DNA of 63,920 bases, counting the filler, from Theionarchaea archaeon (lineage in GTDB: Archaea > Methanobacteriota_B > Thermococci > Methanofastidiosales > SZ-28-30): assembly GCA_018992565.1 (NCBI GenBank). It is 5 parts of 5 records of this genome, joined end to end, with 100 filler letters (N's around TTAATTAATTAA, not from the genome) between each part and the next. Parts side by side here need not be neighbours in the genome. Positions count along the whole stretch, not along the records: positions 26,633 to 39,376 come from JACVGW010000076.1; 4 more parts are not named here. One strand, given 5' to 3'. Under the pieces are notes generated by a model that was not told the origin of the DNA, searched no databases, and was given only the letters and a program-made list of their open reading frames with translations. Below, piece after piece: positions 27,618-37,665 of this stretch (the first letter of the stretch is position 1; each line of letters opens with the position of its first letter). Both the position numbers and the translations under genes were made by a program.

Positions 27618-29777
27618 GTGATTGAATTGAGGAGAATTGGATGTAGGCTAGTGGTTTGTGTCCTTACTTTTGTGATATTGACCAGTAGTTTTCAGAGCTA
27701 TTTCTTAACGCATACAGAAGCTTCTCCAACCAACGCTGCACAGAGCACTACAGTCTATATTTACAGCAATGTCTGTGGTTTTCAAGTATGGTTTGATGGG
27801 AAGCATATATTTACTACTCCTTCAGACAAGGATTGGTGTTGGTTCTATTGTGTGACTCCAGGGAGGCATACGATAACTCTGAAAAAGTCTGGATGTGCTG
27901 ACGCCACAAGAGTAGTTGATGTTGTTGCGGGAGTCACGAATGAATTCACCATTGATATGAAATGTGGGGGAAACGGGAATAAGGATCTTGAACTGGATAT
28001 CTGGGTAGATAAGGGCTGTGGCTCCACATATGAAGATGGAGAACGTTTGACTGTTTATTTTCGATCCAACGAGGATTGTTATGCCCATGTATATGAAATA
28101 ATGCCTGACGGAAAGACCCAGACGCTTGTTCAGGGCAAAATAAATGGAGATCAAACTTATTCCCGGTCGGGAACATTAGAAGGACCTGGAAAACGCGTTT
28201 TTGTCATATCTGCAGAAGATGAAGAGAGCAGGTGTACTGCATATGTAGAGAGCAAAGCTCCAGAAACTGGACAAATCAAGGTGTATGTGAAAGATGATTC
28301 TGGGAACTATGTGTCTGGTGCAAGTGTGTATCTGGATGGGAGCTATGAAGGAAAGACCAGCAGCAGCGGCTNNNNNNNNNNNNNNNNNNNNNNNNNNNNN
28401 NNNNNNNNNNNNNNNNNNNNNNNNNNNNNNNNNNNNNNNNNNNNNNNNNNNNNNNNNNNNNNNNNNNNNNNCACAGTGAAAGCGAGCAAAACAGGATTCG
28501 GAGAAGACAGTGAGAAGGTGTATGTAGAGAGTGGAGAAACTGAGACAGTGTACTTGACCCTGGAAGAAGAAGAGAAATCAGGGGAAATCAAGGTGTATGT
28601 GAAAGATGATTCTGGGAACTATGTGTCTGGTGCAAGTGTGTATCTGGATGGGAGCTATGAAGGAAAGACCAGCAGCAGCGGCTATATGCATATTGATGAT
28701 GTTCCAGAAGGGTCTCACACAGTGAAAGCGAGCAAAACAGGATTCGGAGAAGACAGTGAGAAGGTGTATGTAGAGAGTGGAGAAACTGAGACAGTGTACT
28801 TGACCCTGGAAGAAGACAAGAATTTGTCTGCGACAATCTCCATAGCAAGTCTCAGAGGATCATACAATGTTGGGCAGACAGTCCAGGTGAAAACGTATGT
28901 GAAAAACACAGGAAATGTGTCTCACGAATTTATCGTGGGATGTACATTCATTGATCCAGACGGGGCTGAAACCGATCTTGATTGTAAGACAGTGTATCTT
29001 AGCCCTGGAAAACAAAGCGCTGTCACATTCTCCTGGCAGATACCTAAGGATTCACCAGAGGGAGAATTCCATTTGATAGTATCAGTCTGGGAAAGGGAAG
29101 GAGAAAAAATACGTAGTGGAAGAAAAGAACTGGTGAATAGACTGGATCGAGATGACCAGTACTTCATTGTGGAAAAGACAGATTTGACAGGCTATTCCTG
29201 GTATGAGTTCACATTTGTCGGTGACGATATTTGCATCTATAATTCTGGAATCATGAAAAAAGACATTTGTGCACTTACGATACTTATAAAGCGCAAAGAA
29301 AACAAGCAATGGGAAAACGTAGCAGTCATCAGAATTGACATCTACGCACCCGAATATTTCGGTGACAATATTCGCATTGTAGCAAGAGAACTTCCTCCTG
29401 GGGGAAAGGAGCGACTCATTATTGACACAGAGTTCCTTGATGATATCAACGATTTTCTCGATGCTTGCGAGATGATTGGTGAAGTGCTCAAGACAATAAT
29501 CCTGTACAATTTGCCACCTCAGTATGAGGAGATAGCAAAAGGTCTGATGGAATCAATAGAAGACCCCTTTCTGGAGATTTCTGGACTTATTTCTTCTGAA
29601 GCGCAGACTACTGCTCAGAACCTGATCAGTGCAACCCTGAGAGGTAGTATATCGGCAGCGAATGCATTCCTCCATGATCTCTTTCCACTAGTCACGGAAT
29701 GTGGAACTCAGTTCTATGGGTTTTTGGCTTTCCTGATGACCAGCGGAGCAGCGATATATTTGATATCTCTTGCCTGA
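27618..29777 (+). CDS. Secreted/surface protein with PEGA repeats, DUF4384-like and CARDB/Ig-like domains (spans a gap)
   Basis: Signal peptide, GASVYLDGSYEGKT PEGA repeats, WVDKGCGSTY, VKNTGNVSHEF, hydrophobic C-terminus. Confidence 0.8.
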   Translation: MIELRRIGCRLVVCVLTFVILTSSFQSYFLTHTEASPTNAAQSTTVYIYSNVCGFQVWFDGKHIFTTPSDKDWCWFYCVTPGRHTITLKKSGCADATRVVDVVAGVTNEFTIDMKCGGNGNKDLELDIWVDKGCGSTYEDGERLTVYFRSNEDCYAHVYEIMPDGKTQTLVQGKINGDQTYSRSGTLEGPGKRVFVISAEDEESRCTAYVESKAPETGQIKVYVKDDSGNYVSGASVYLDGSYEGKTSSSGXXXXXXXXXXXXXXXXXXXXXXXXXXXXXXXXXXTVKASKTGFGEDSEKVYVESGETETVYLTLEEEEKSGEIKVYVKDDSGNYVSGASVYLDGSYEGKTSSSGYMHIDDVPEGSHTVKASKTGFGEDSEKVYVESGETETVYLTLEEDKNLSATISIASLRGSYNVGQTVQVKTYVKNTGNVSHEFIVGCTFIDPDGAETDLDCKTVYLSPGKQSAVTFSWQIPKDSPEGEFHLIVSVWEREGEKIRSGRKELVNRLDRDDQYFIVEKTDLTGYSWYEFTFVGDDICIYNSGIMKKDICALTILIKRKENKQWENVAVIRIDIYAPEYFGDNIRIVARELPPGGKERLIIDTEFLDDINDFLDACEMIGEVLKTIILYNLPPQYEEIAKGLMESIEDPFLEISGLISSEAQTTAQNLISATLRGSISAANAFLHDLFPLVTECGTQFYGFLAFLMTSGAAIYLISLA
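28274..28817 (+). repeat. Near-identical 246-bp (82-aa) PEGA-domain tandem repeat flanking the N gap
   Basis: Sequence from 28472 recurs at 28718. The pre-gap sequence recurs at about 28586-28683. Confidence 0.9.
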
Positions 29778-29990
29778 GATTTCAATCAAGAGAATCCTGT
29801 CCTCTCTGAGAATCAAGACCGGAGATATCCTCATAGCGGCAATGATGGATCTCATCAATTGGAGTAACAAGAGAGACTCTCGAATGAGAATTATCCGGAA
29901 AATCTGTCTCTCGCAATTCAGGAATCATATTCAGGTTTGCACTATTTTTGAAAACCAAATCCTTATATCTAGCGATTCACAAAACATAGT

Positions 29991-32330
29991 ATGGGAGTGA
30001 TATATATGAAAAAAAATATACTCAAGAAGCTGGCCAAGAAGACAGGTACCAACGGATTTTTGATTTTCTTACTTCTATTTACGGTGGGTACACTCCAGAC
30101 GAGGCCAGCACCTGACGCAGAGCTGTCCATAGAAACTGATAGAGGTTGTCTCGGTCAATTCACCTTGAGCGAGAAAACTGTGCTATCCTTCTGGATGACA
30201 GGAGCAGCTCCAGACTCAGAATACCTGTATTGGGTAAAAATGTATACCGAATCTGGTGAGACACTATGTGGGTGGAAGGGGATAGTTGTCACCGATTCTA
30301 CTGGCAGCACATCCAGAACTAATATTGAACATATAATCTCTCTTCCGGTGGGTCAACAGCATGCAGAAGTCTCAATACCTGAGCTCGGCCTGGTAGCTAC
30401 CTGTTTGCTGTTTGTGGGAGGAACCACTGAGATACCTCCACTTGAGTCTAGATGTTATTGCGAAGAGGTGACTCTTATTGGCGCCCTTGACAAGGAGATA
30501 GTCGCTCCAGGAGATACCCTCACTCTTACTGTGAGGGCCAGAAATGATACAAACTGTGGGATACTCATTGCAACACAACCTCCTTCTACCACCAGGCCCT
30601 GTTATGAAATACAGCCTCTAGTAGTGGATCTGGGGGCATTGGGTGGAAAGGTCTGCCCATTGGCAGAAGAAAGAAAGGTAGATTCCCACACAACATCAGA
30701 TATAGCAACATATACCATATCTGTGCCCTATCTTGAAGCCGGAACCTATCCCATAAACCTTGAATATGCAGTATCATACTGCACCTGGGCTGCCTACCTG
30801 GAAGTGGACATAACACCTTCGGGCACGCTCTCTGTCATATCGTCACCTCCTGTATCAGAGAATGAAGAAGGCTCAGTCCTCCTGGAAGTAGCAAATCCGG
30901 CTGCAGAATCTGCAACCTACACCATCCTGGTGACTCCTCCTGACGGGATTACTCTCCTGAGTGATCCTGCCATCAACCTTACCCTTGCAGGTCAATCCAC
31001 ACAACAGCTGTCAGTACCCTTTACAGCAGAAAAAGAAGGAGAATACGTCCTGAATTTCACCCTGCTCGCGGAGGATGCTGCTCTTGACAGGGTATCCACC
31101 ACAGTACAGGTGACTGCATTCCAAGGGATACTGGAGCTGGTGTCCCCGCCCTCCAAAGTCAGCCCTCATGAACCTGTGACCCTCGAGTTCCGGGTGATAA
31201 ATACCTCTCTCCTGGATTCAACGTACACCCTGTCAGCTAATGTCACTGAAGAGTTCACTGTAGAGGGTTCACTGTCCGTTTCTGTCCCTGCTGGTAAGAC
31301 TGCAGACCTTTCTTTTCCCGTGACTCCTGTTGAAGAAGGTTCTTTCTTACTAACATTCGACCTTTTCTGTGAAGGTGACCTCGTGGATTCAGCTGAATGG
31401 ATAGTGACGGTAGCAGGGGGTCCTGATATTATTCTATTGGCTGCCGTTGCTGTGACAGGTGTAGGAATAGCTTTCGCTGCCAAATCAGCTTTCGGAAAGC
31501 ATGGACTGGCAAGAGAAGGAGAATCAGTAGCAGAAATCAAGAGCGGGGAAGAAAGGGCCAGAGCACTTCAGAAAATATCTGAAATGACAGAAGAAGATGG
31601 AAACTTGAAAGAATCAGCCAGATTCTATGAAAGAACAGCAGAAGCATGGGAACAAATCAACAGAATAGAACAGGCAGCAGAAATCTATAAGAAAGGCGCA
31701 GACATCCATGAGAAGCTCAAGAACATAAAGGAAGCACTGAAAGACAGGGAAAAGGCAGCTCTCCTCTATGAGAAGGCGGCCGCTATTGCAGAAGAAGGAG
31801 GATCATATGAAAAGGCCGCACTGCTGCGGGAGAAAGCTGCACTGGAATGGCAGAAAATAAAGAGGGCAGATAAGGCAGGGGAGGGCTTCGAGAAGACTGC
31901 ACATCTCCTGACCAGAGCCGGGAATGTCACCCACGCACGAGACGTCCAGGAAATGGCAGCGCACGCCTATGAAGAAGCTGCGGCCCTGGGAACGCAAATC
32001 AACGAATTTCGGGCAGCAGGTACCTTCTATGAGAAGGCAGGGACGCTGTACAGGGGGACGGGTAGAATGACTGAGGCCTGCAAAGTCTACAACAAAGCAG
32101 AAGATCTGTGGAACCGTGTGAAAGATCCCGCCAAAAAGCAGAAGATCGTGGAAAGCCTGGGTTTAACGTACGAGGAAGAAGCCCAAAAGGCGGCAGAAGA
32201 GGGTGACTACGAGAAAGCAGCCCTCTCGTATGAGAAGGCAGCAGACACCTGGAAAAAGGTGGGAGACCAGGCCAGGGCTGCCAGGGATACAGAAAAAGCT
32301 CTTGCGCTGTATGGCAAGATGAACAGATAG
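29991..32330 (+). CDS. Single-pass membrane protein: Ig-like ectodomains, TM, cytoplasmic TPR/SNAP-like repeats
   Basis: Signal peptide, beta-sandwich repeats, TM IILLAAVAVTGVGIAFAA, many A-x-x-Y-E-K-A-A helices. Confidence 0.8.
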   Translation: MGVIYMKKNILKKLAKKTGTNGFLIFLLLFTVGTLQTRPAPDAELSIETDRGCLGQFTLSEKTVLSFWMTGAAPDSEYLYWVKMYTESGETLCGWKGIVVTDSTGSTSRTNIEHIISLPVGQQHAEVSIPELGLVATCLLFVGGTTEIPPLESRCYCEEVTLIGALDKEIVAPGDTLTLTVRARNDTNCGILIATQPPSTTRPCYEIQPLVVDLGALGGKVCPLAEERKVDSHTTSDIATYTISVPYLEAGTYPINLEYAVSYCTWAAYLEVDITPSGTLSVISSPPVSENEEGSVLLEVANPAAESATYTILVTPPDGITLLSDPAINLTLAGQSTQQLSVPFTAEKEGEYVLNFTLLAEDAALDRVSTTVQVTAFQGILELVSPPSKVSPHEPVTLEFRVINTSLLDSTYTLSANVTEEFTVEGSLSVSVPAGKTADLSFPVTPVEEGSFLLTFDLFCEGDLVDSAEWIVTVAGGPDIILLAAVAVTGVGIAFAAKSAFGKHGLAREGESVAEIKSGEERARALQKISEMTEEDGNLKESARFYERTAEAWEQINRIEQAAEIYKKGADIHEKLKNIKEALKDREKAALLYEKAAAIAEEGGSYEKAALLREKAALEWQKIKRADKAGEGFEKTAHLLTRAGNVTHARDVQEMAAHAYEEAAALGTQINEFRAAGTFYEKAGTLYRGTGRMTEACKVYNKAEDLWNRVKDPAKKQKIVESLGLTYEEEAQKAAEEGDYEKAALSYEKAADTWKKVGDQARAARDTEKALALYGKMNR

Positions 32331-32342
32331 GACTATAATCTG

Positions 32343-33149
32343 TTAAGCAGGCCATACAGGTATCTTTTTTTCTTTTGATTCGATTCGCGGTGTTATGCTA
32401 CACCAGCTTGGCTTCAATTTGTATATGCATTTAGCATGAGCTGACACAATCTCTATTCCCTTCTTGGCCCTGACAACCATACATGGATTGAATCCCTGGA
32501 CGGTATCTGTCTCATAAACCTTCCAGTAGACCTGACAGTCCTTTTCTCCGCACGTGTCGATCATGCATTTGGTAGTACCCCATTTGAATTCCCACGGATT
32601 GATATCAATATTCAGAAGATCAGGAAGTATTTCACCCAGTGGAGAGGGCACGAACTTCAGTAACGTGCTAATGCCCAGAGTTATCTTGACGCTGCCAGAA
32701 ATCAGTTCTGTGTACTTCTTTTCGTCTTTAGGAGCAATATCATAGGCCACCACATCCGTTTCTCTGGTCCCTCCTTTCAATGTCACTTGGAAGAGGAGTT
32801 CAGGGATCTGGGCCGTTCGCCCCACCAGGACGTTCAATCCCAGTTCCACTACATAGTAGTTGTAAATGGGTAACGTTCTCTTGATGAAGTCTGCCAGGTC
32901 TTCCTGGTCAGGAGAAATCATGTACACATTGGCGGCGGGAGCAATGCCCACCACAGGCCGTGATAGTTCCTCCTGCAGCTCTTTCATTTCAGATTGGCCT
33001 CTGGCCAGAGTCTTGAACAGAAATTTGTCTACGGACTGAGGTCGATCCTCTGAATCAAGAATAGAACCTACTTCCAGGGGTTCGTATGCATCAAATTCTT
33101 TTCCAAATTCCTTCATTACAGGCCTCCTTCTTATTGGTTGTTGATACAT
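32343..33149 (-). CDS. Hypothetical protein
   Basis: 268-aa open frame with protein-like composition. No family recognised. Confidence 0.7.
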   Translation of the reverse strand: MYQQPIRRRPVMKEFGKEFDAYEPLEVGSILDSEDRPQSVDKFLFKTLARGQSEMKELQEELSRPVVGIAPAANVYMISPDQEDLADFIKRTLPIYNYYVVELGLNVLVGRTAQIPELLFQVTLKGGTRETDVVAYDIAPKDEKKYTELISGSVKITLGISTLLKFVPSPLGEILPDLLNIDINPWEFKWGTTKCMIDTCGEKDCQVYWKVYETDTVQGFNPCMVVRAKKGIEIVSAHAKCIYKLKPSWCSITPRIESKEKKIPVWPA

Positions 33150-33617
33150 AGTGTACTTGTAACGTATAGGAAGTCAATAGTTAAGAAATTTTCGCTCCAC
33201 GTTCTTGTCCTGATAGACAATCCATAAAATGTAGAGGCTTTGATGTTACAGTCTGTCTGCTTTCATGAGGTTCCATATCTTTTCATTGCTAGGAGACACC
33301 ACGGACAGGGACCTCTCTATCTAGTACTGCACTCTGAGAGGTTGCTCTGCCTTTCTCGGTGCATCTGAACCCAGAAAAGCATGCGAGACGAATGCGAGAA
33401 ATTACCAGCCGCAAACCTGACAGCACAGAGGTCACAGCCAAGTCCGGAAAATGTGGAAGGCCTTGACATGGCAAATTCATTTAAAGAAAGAAAAAACGTA
33501 AATGCAGATGAAATTCATTGCTACAAATCGAATGGAAAGTTCTGGTGATTTAGTGCATATACAGTGAAGAGGTAAGATCGAAGCCTTTTCACCCCCTTCG
33601 CCCTACACGAGACCGGC

Positions 33618-33660
33618 AGGAGGGCCTCCAGGGTCCATATCCCTGGAGCCCTCCTTTTTT
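33618..33660 (+). terminator. GC-rich hairpin followed by a T-run
   Basis: AGGAGGGC(C)TCCAGGG / CCCTGGAGCCCTCCT 15-bp stem with one bulge, 7-nt loop, then TTTTT. Confidence 0.55.
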
Positions 33661-33710
33661 AGGAGGATACATGATGTGAATTCTGGAAAAAATGTATAAG
33701 GTGAGTTTCT

Positions 33711-34163
33711 CTACAGGGGACCCAAGACCTCATAAAGTGCATCTCTTTTCTGCTCCTGCAACTCGTCAAGGAAGTGAGCATATCGAGGAAACAGCAAGGT
33801 TCCCACATTTAGCCGCTGAATAATCTTCTTGTCGTATACCAGCACATTATAGATTTCTCCGACAGCGCTGTGGGAATATCCCCTGTTCCTGCAGTGCCTG
33901 AAGATGGCATTGCGGCTCCTGCCGGGGTTCTCCTGCACGTACGTGAGAAGTTCCTGTTCAAGTGCGAATTCCTCATCTCTTTCATCATCCCATAGAGACT
34001 CCATTCCGAGAGACGAGCTATCATCTCTCCATTCTTCCTGTTCTTGAAGGGTCTGAAACCCATCAAGTATCTCCCGCAGCGTTACTGCAGATTGATATGT
34101 CTCCAATTCCTCAAGGGGTCTGGTTTTTTCTGCTATCTGTATTCTAGACACCTCCGGGTACAT
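33711..34163 (-). CDS. Hypothetical protein with possible winged-helix domain
   Basis: LLTYVQENPGRSRNAIFRHCRNRGYSHSAVGEIYNVL looks wHTH-like. Confidence 0.55.
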   Translation of the reverse strand: MYPEVSRIQIAEKTRPLEELETYQSAVTLREILDGFQTLQEQEEWRDDSSSLGMESLWDDERDEEFALEQELLTYVQENPGRSRNAIFRHCRNRGYSHSAVGEIYNVLVYDKKIIQRLNVGTLLFPRYAHFLDELQEQKRDALYEVLGPL

Positions 34164-34316
34164 TCCAGAACGCTAGCTGATCACTATTCCCCCCTCATGA
34201 TCAACCTCATTCTACCCCACCTACCTCTCACAACCAAATAAAAGTATTTGTGAGATGAGAACATAATATGTGATGGTTTCACATTTTTTGTGAAGGGATA
34301 ATCCATAATTCAATCC

Positions 34317-35151
34317 CTAAATATATCCATTCTCCCTATACCATTCTAAAGTGATTTCAGCCCCCTTTTCAAAGCTGTATTCTGGTTTGTACCCAAAATC
34401 AGAATAGGCCTTCTTCCAGGAGTATGCTCTGTCATTCTGAGTGGCCTCAACCGTCGATACATGAGCCATGAAGTCTTCTTTGCCCAAAAGGCCATACAAC
34501 AGCTCAAGAGGGGCTATGACCGCTTTTGCCAGAGCTACAGGTACATGCAGAGTAGGGGGATTTCTCCCCAGCAGCCGGCCCAGAGTCTCGTACACCTCAG
34601 TATAGGTTAACGCTCTTTCACTGGATATGAAGTACGTTCCCCCAATAGCTCTCTGTGTTCTCGCCTTCAGAAATCCCTGGACCACATCTTTTATGTAGAC
34701 AAAATCAACGAGGCTCTCGCCAGATCCCGCCACAAACCTGGTAAANNNNNNNNNNNNNNNNNNNNNNNNNNNNNNNNNNNNNNNNNNNNNNNNNNNNNNN
34801 NNNNNNNNNNNNNNNNNNNNNNNNNNNNNNNNNNNNNNNNNNNNNAAACTGGTCAACATTCTCACAAGCGTCAAGAAGCAGGTGAGTTCCCTGGACATTC
34901 ACTTTATAGTACTGGTCCCATGCTCCATGGAAGGTATAGTACGCTCCCAGGTGGTACACGCAATCTACATCCCGTGCTGCCCTCTTCAATGAATCAGAAT
35001 CTGTCAAATCCCCATACACTACCTCTACGCCCAGATCCTCCAGGTGGGATATAGTAGAGCTCTTTCTCACCAGGCAGACCACGTCACCAGGTAGAGCCTC
35101 CACCAAATGTCCACCAATGAACCCTGTCCCACCAGTAACCAGCGTTTTCAT
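34317..35151 (-). CDS. NAD-dependent epimerase/dehydratase (spans a gap)
   Basis: LVTGGTGFIGGHLV, GDLTD, VNVQGT, then DFVYIKDVVQG and GYKPEYSFEKG. Confidence 0.9.
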
Positions 35152-35158
35152 GGGTCAC

Positions 35159-35947
35159 CTACGTCAAGAAGAAGATGCGCAGCACATCACGTAACCCGGG
35201 AGCAGCTCCAAGGATGAGGATAATTAACCTGATGAAATTCTTGTATCCTTCATCTTCAATATCCTCTATGAAAGATAAGGCAGCGCCAACTACAACGATT
35301 TTCAGAGGAAACATCACAAAGGGTGTATCAAACCACCTGATGAGCATCCCGGGGAGCATATGTTGTTCGAAGTACCCAAACATGGCTAACCCAAAACTGG
35401 TGGCACTGGCATCCAGCATGTGGCCCCCCATGATCTCAATATTTCTGGTAATAAACTGCAGGTTCATGTATTTCGAGATATAGTAAACGGGAACTGTCAC
35501 TGAGACTGCTGTAGCCACTATATACAGCAATCCCTTCCAGTTATAGGCTTCCGCATTGTACGCCAGGACTCCCAGAATGACACAAAACAGTACGACAGCC
35601 TCTGCAGCCAGGTACGTGTAGTATTTCTCCCCCTTCCATTTCACCAGAACTACCAATGATATGAAGGTGATGGCAAAAATCAGAAAGAATATTAATGGTG
35701 TCACCAGAATATAGCTTTCAGAGACACCCATATCCTTCACAACCCGGGCAGAGCCACCTACCAGGACGAATAGCCCAACTGAATAATAGAAATGCCTGTC
35801 CATCGTAATTTTATTCCGCAAATATGTGTAAACTGCATATGAGGCTATGACCAGAATGATACCGTAGGTCAGGGTGTTGATCCAATTGTACCCTTCACCA
35901 TATTTTATGGGATCTACAAAGTATTCTTGAATGAATTCAGGGATCAT
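35159..35947 (-). CDS. DUF63 family membrane protein
   Basis: Motifs GYNWINTLTYG, HMLDASATS, YFEQH and LGAAPGLRDVLR. Confidence 0.88.
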   Translation of the reverse strand: MIPEFIQEYFVDPIKYGEGYNWINTLTYGIILVIASYAVYTYLRNKITMDRHFYYSVGLFVLVGGSARVVKDMGVSESYILVTPLIFFLIFAITFISLVVLVKWKGEKYYTYLAAEAVVLFCVILGVLAYNAEAYNWKGLLYIVATAVSVTVPVYYISKYMNLQFITRNIEIMGGHMLDASATSFGLAMFGYFEQHMLPGMLIRWFDTPFVMFPLKIVVVGAALSFIEDIEDEGYKNFIRLIILILGAAPGLRDVLRIFFLT

Positions 35948-35977
35948 ACAGGGTTTTTTTCATGGTGATTTATTAAC

Positions 35978-37351
35978 CTATTGGTGATAAAAGGCAGTTT
36001 CACCTGCAGCGTAGACTCTGTTGAAAGGAGGTTCAGAGTAGAGGACATGTTCTTCAGTTCCGTACAAGATGAAAGAAGTGTTGTATAGTTGCAGTATGGA
36101 GATATCATAGTCAGTATAAAATGCTGTCGTGTCTGCTGTCCTTTTCACAAGATCTGGAGCACCAAACTGGTAAGCACCTTTAACAGGAGGAGTGTGAGAG
36201 AAATAGGCTATGACAGGTGCTGTCCTCCATTCACAGATGACGGTAGAGCCTGAAATGGATGAGGAAGAGAGCCAGGTGTAACTCTGTGCCTGTTCATCAG
36301 TCACTACAGGGTGGTAGGGTTCTATGACCCAGTAGCTCTGGGCAAAGGCCAGCAAGAAGAGGGGGATAACCAGCCGGTACCGGGAGATCCTGGATAGAAA
36401 GACACCTGCCAATATTGCCACAGGAAAGAGGAGAAATTCTACAAAGCGGTAGGGAAGGGAAAATGCAGCCTGGGACAGCAAGAACAGGGAACCCACGCCA
36501 CTGAGGATGAATACCGTCTCTTTCTTTCGGGCTAGAAAAGTTGCTCCCAGAAAGGCCAGTAACAAGGTGATAACACCCAGTTTCTCGGGATAAAGCTCCA
36601 GGGGGTAGGCAAATCCCTTGGGGAAGAAGGCAGGAGGCTGCAAGAGAACCCAAGGAGCAGCTATGAATGTTATAATGAGAACAGTGGCTATGAAGTGCTT
36701 GAGGTGATTCTTCTTGAGTATTGCAAGTGCCAAAGGAGTGTACATGAAAATGACTGCCAGAAAGGCTGCCCCAGACAGCCCATGGGTCAGTATTAGTAAC
36801 CCGCCAATGAGACCTGAGAAAATCCATTTCTCCTTGTAAAAGGCATATAATCCCAGGTTGAACAATGTGAAGGCCAAAAGCTCAGGAGTGTACGAGACTG
36901 CCCTGTCCAGGAATAATGGGCATACTGCGGCCAGCAGACAGGAGGATAAGGCTATCTTCTCAGAGAAAAGTGTCCTTGCCAGGAGATAAACTGTTACAAT
37001 GGTGAGTGCAGCCAGGAAGGGGGGCATAACCCGGGCCAGTGTTTCCAAAGGTAGTCCCGTCCCCCGGTATACGAGAGCTGTGAATAGATGGAAAACAGGT
37101 GGGTACGTGTGAGCTCTGCCCTGGGGCCCGAAGGACCCCGAATCCCAGGTGATGTGACCTTCACTGAATTGCCGCGAAATTCGCAGATGGTACCACACAT
37201 CCCAGGAGAGAGGGTACTCGTTGGTTACAGTGAAAGCTGAAACAGTGGAGAAGGATAAGAGCACAATGAAAACCAGGGCAATGCGGCTGGGATGCATGGG
37301 CTCGATGATTTTGGAGGAAGATAAAGGTTTACCTGGATAGAGTCTGACCAT
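35978..37351 (-). CDS. Multi-TM GT-C-fold glycosyltransferase-like membrane protein
   Basis: WDVWYHLR, YPPVFHL, many TM segments, C-terminal soluble domain. Confidence 0.7.
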   Translation of the reverse strand: MVRLYPGKPLSSSKIIEPMHPSRIALVFIVLLSFSTVSAFTVTNEYPLSWDVWYHLRISRQFSEGHITWDSGSFGPQGRAHTYPPVFHLFTALVYRGTGLPLETLARVMPPFLAALTIVTVYLLARTLFSEKIALSSCLLAAVCPLFLDRAVSYTPELLAFTLFNLGLYAFYKEKWIFSGLIGGLLILTHGLSGAAFLAVIFMYTPLALAILKKNHLKHFIATVLIITFIAAPWVLLQPPAFFPKGFAYPLELYPEKLGVITLLLAFLGATFLARKKETVFILSGVGSLFLLSQAAFSLPYRFVEFLLFPVAILAGVFLSRISRYRLVIPLFLLAFAQSYWVIEPYHPVVTDEQAQSYTWLSSSSISGSTVICEWRTAPVIAYFSHTPPVKGAYQFGAPDLVKRTADTTAFYTDYDISILQLYNTSFILYGTEEHVLYSEPPFNRVYAAGETAFYHQ

Positions 37352-37401
37352 GAACCCTACAACACAGAAAAGTATTTCAGAAGGATTAACTCATTTTCTC
37401 T

Positions 37402-37629
37402 ATGAAGTCTGAACACAAAATGTCCATTGGCGCTGTCCTCACCACCTTTGGAGCTCTGGGAATAGTCCTCTCTTTATTACTTCCCATAGACCTCGGAAGA
37501 CCTCTTGATTTCCTGTTGGGATGTGGAGTGGGCGTATTATCGGGACTTGGTGCAGTACTCTCTCTTGACGGGTTACTGGAAAGACGCAAAAAGCAGGCAG
37601 CTGCAAACGTGCAGTCTGCTGACAGGTGA
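37402..37629 (+). CDS. Small 2-TM membrane protein
   Basis: 75 aa with two hydrophobic helices. Confidence 0.65.
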   Translation: MKSEHKMSIGAVLTTFGALGIVLSLLLPIDLGRPLDFLLGCGVGVLSGLGAVLSLDGLLERRKKQAAANVQSADR

Positions 37630-37665
37630 TCAGCCAACTCTTTTCTTGATATCATGGGAATAACA

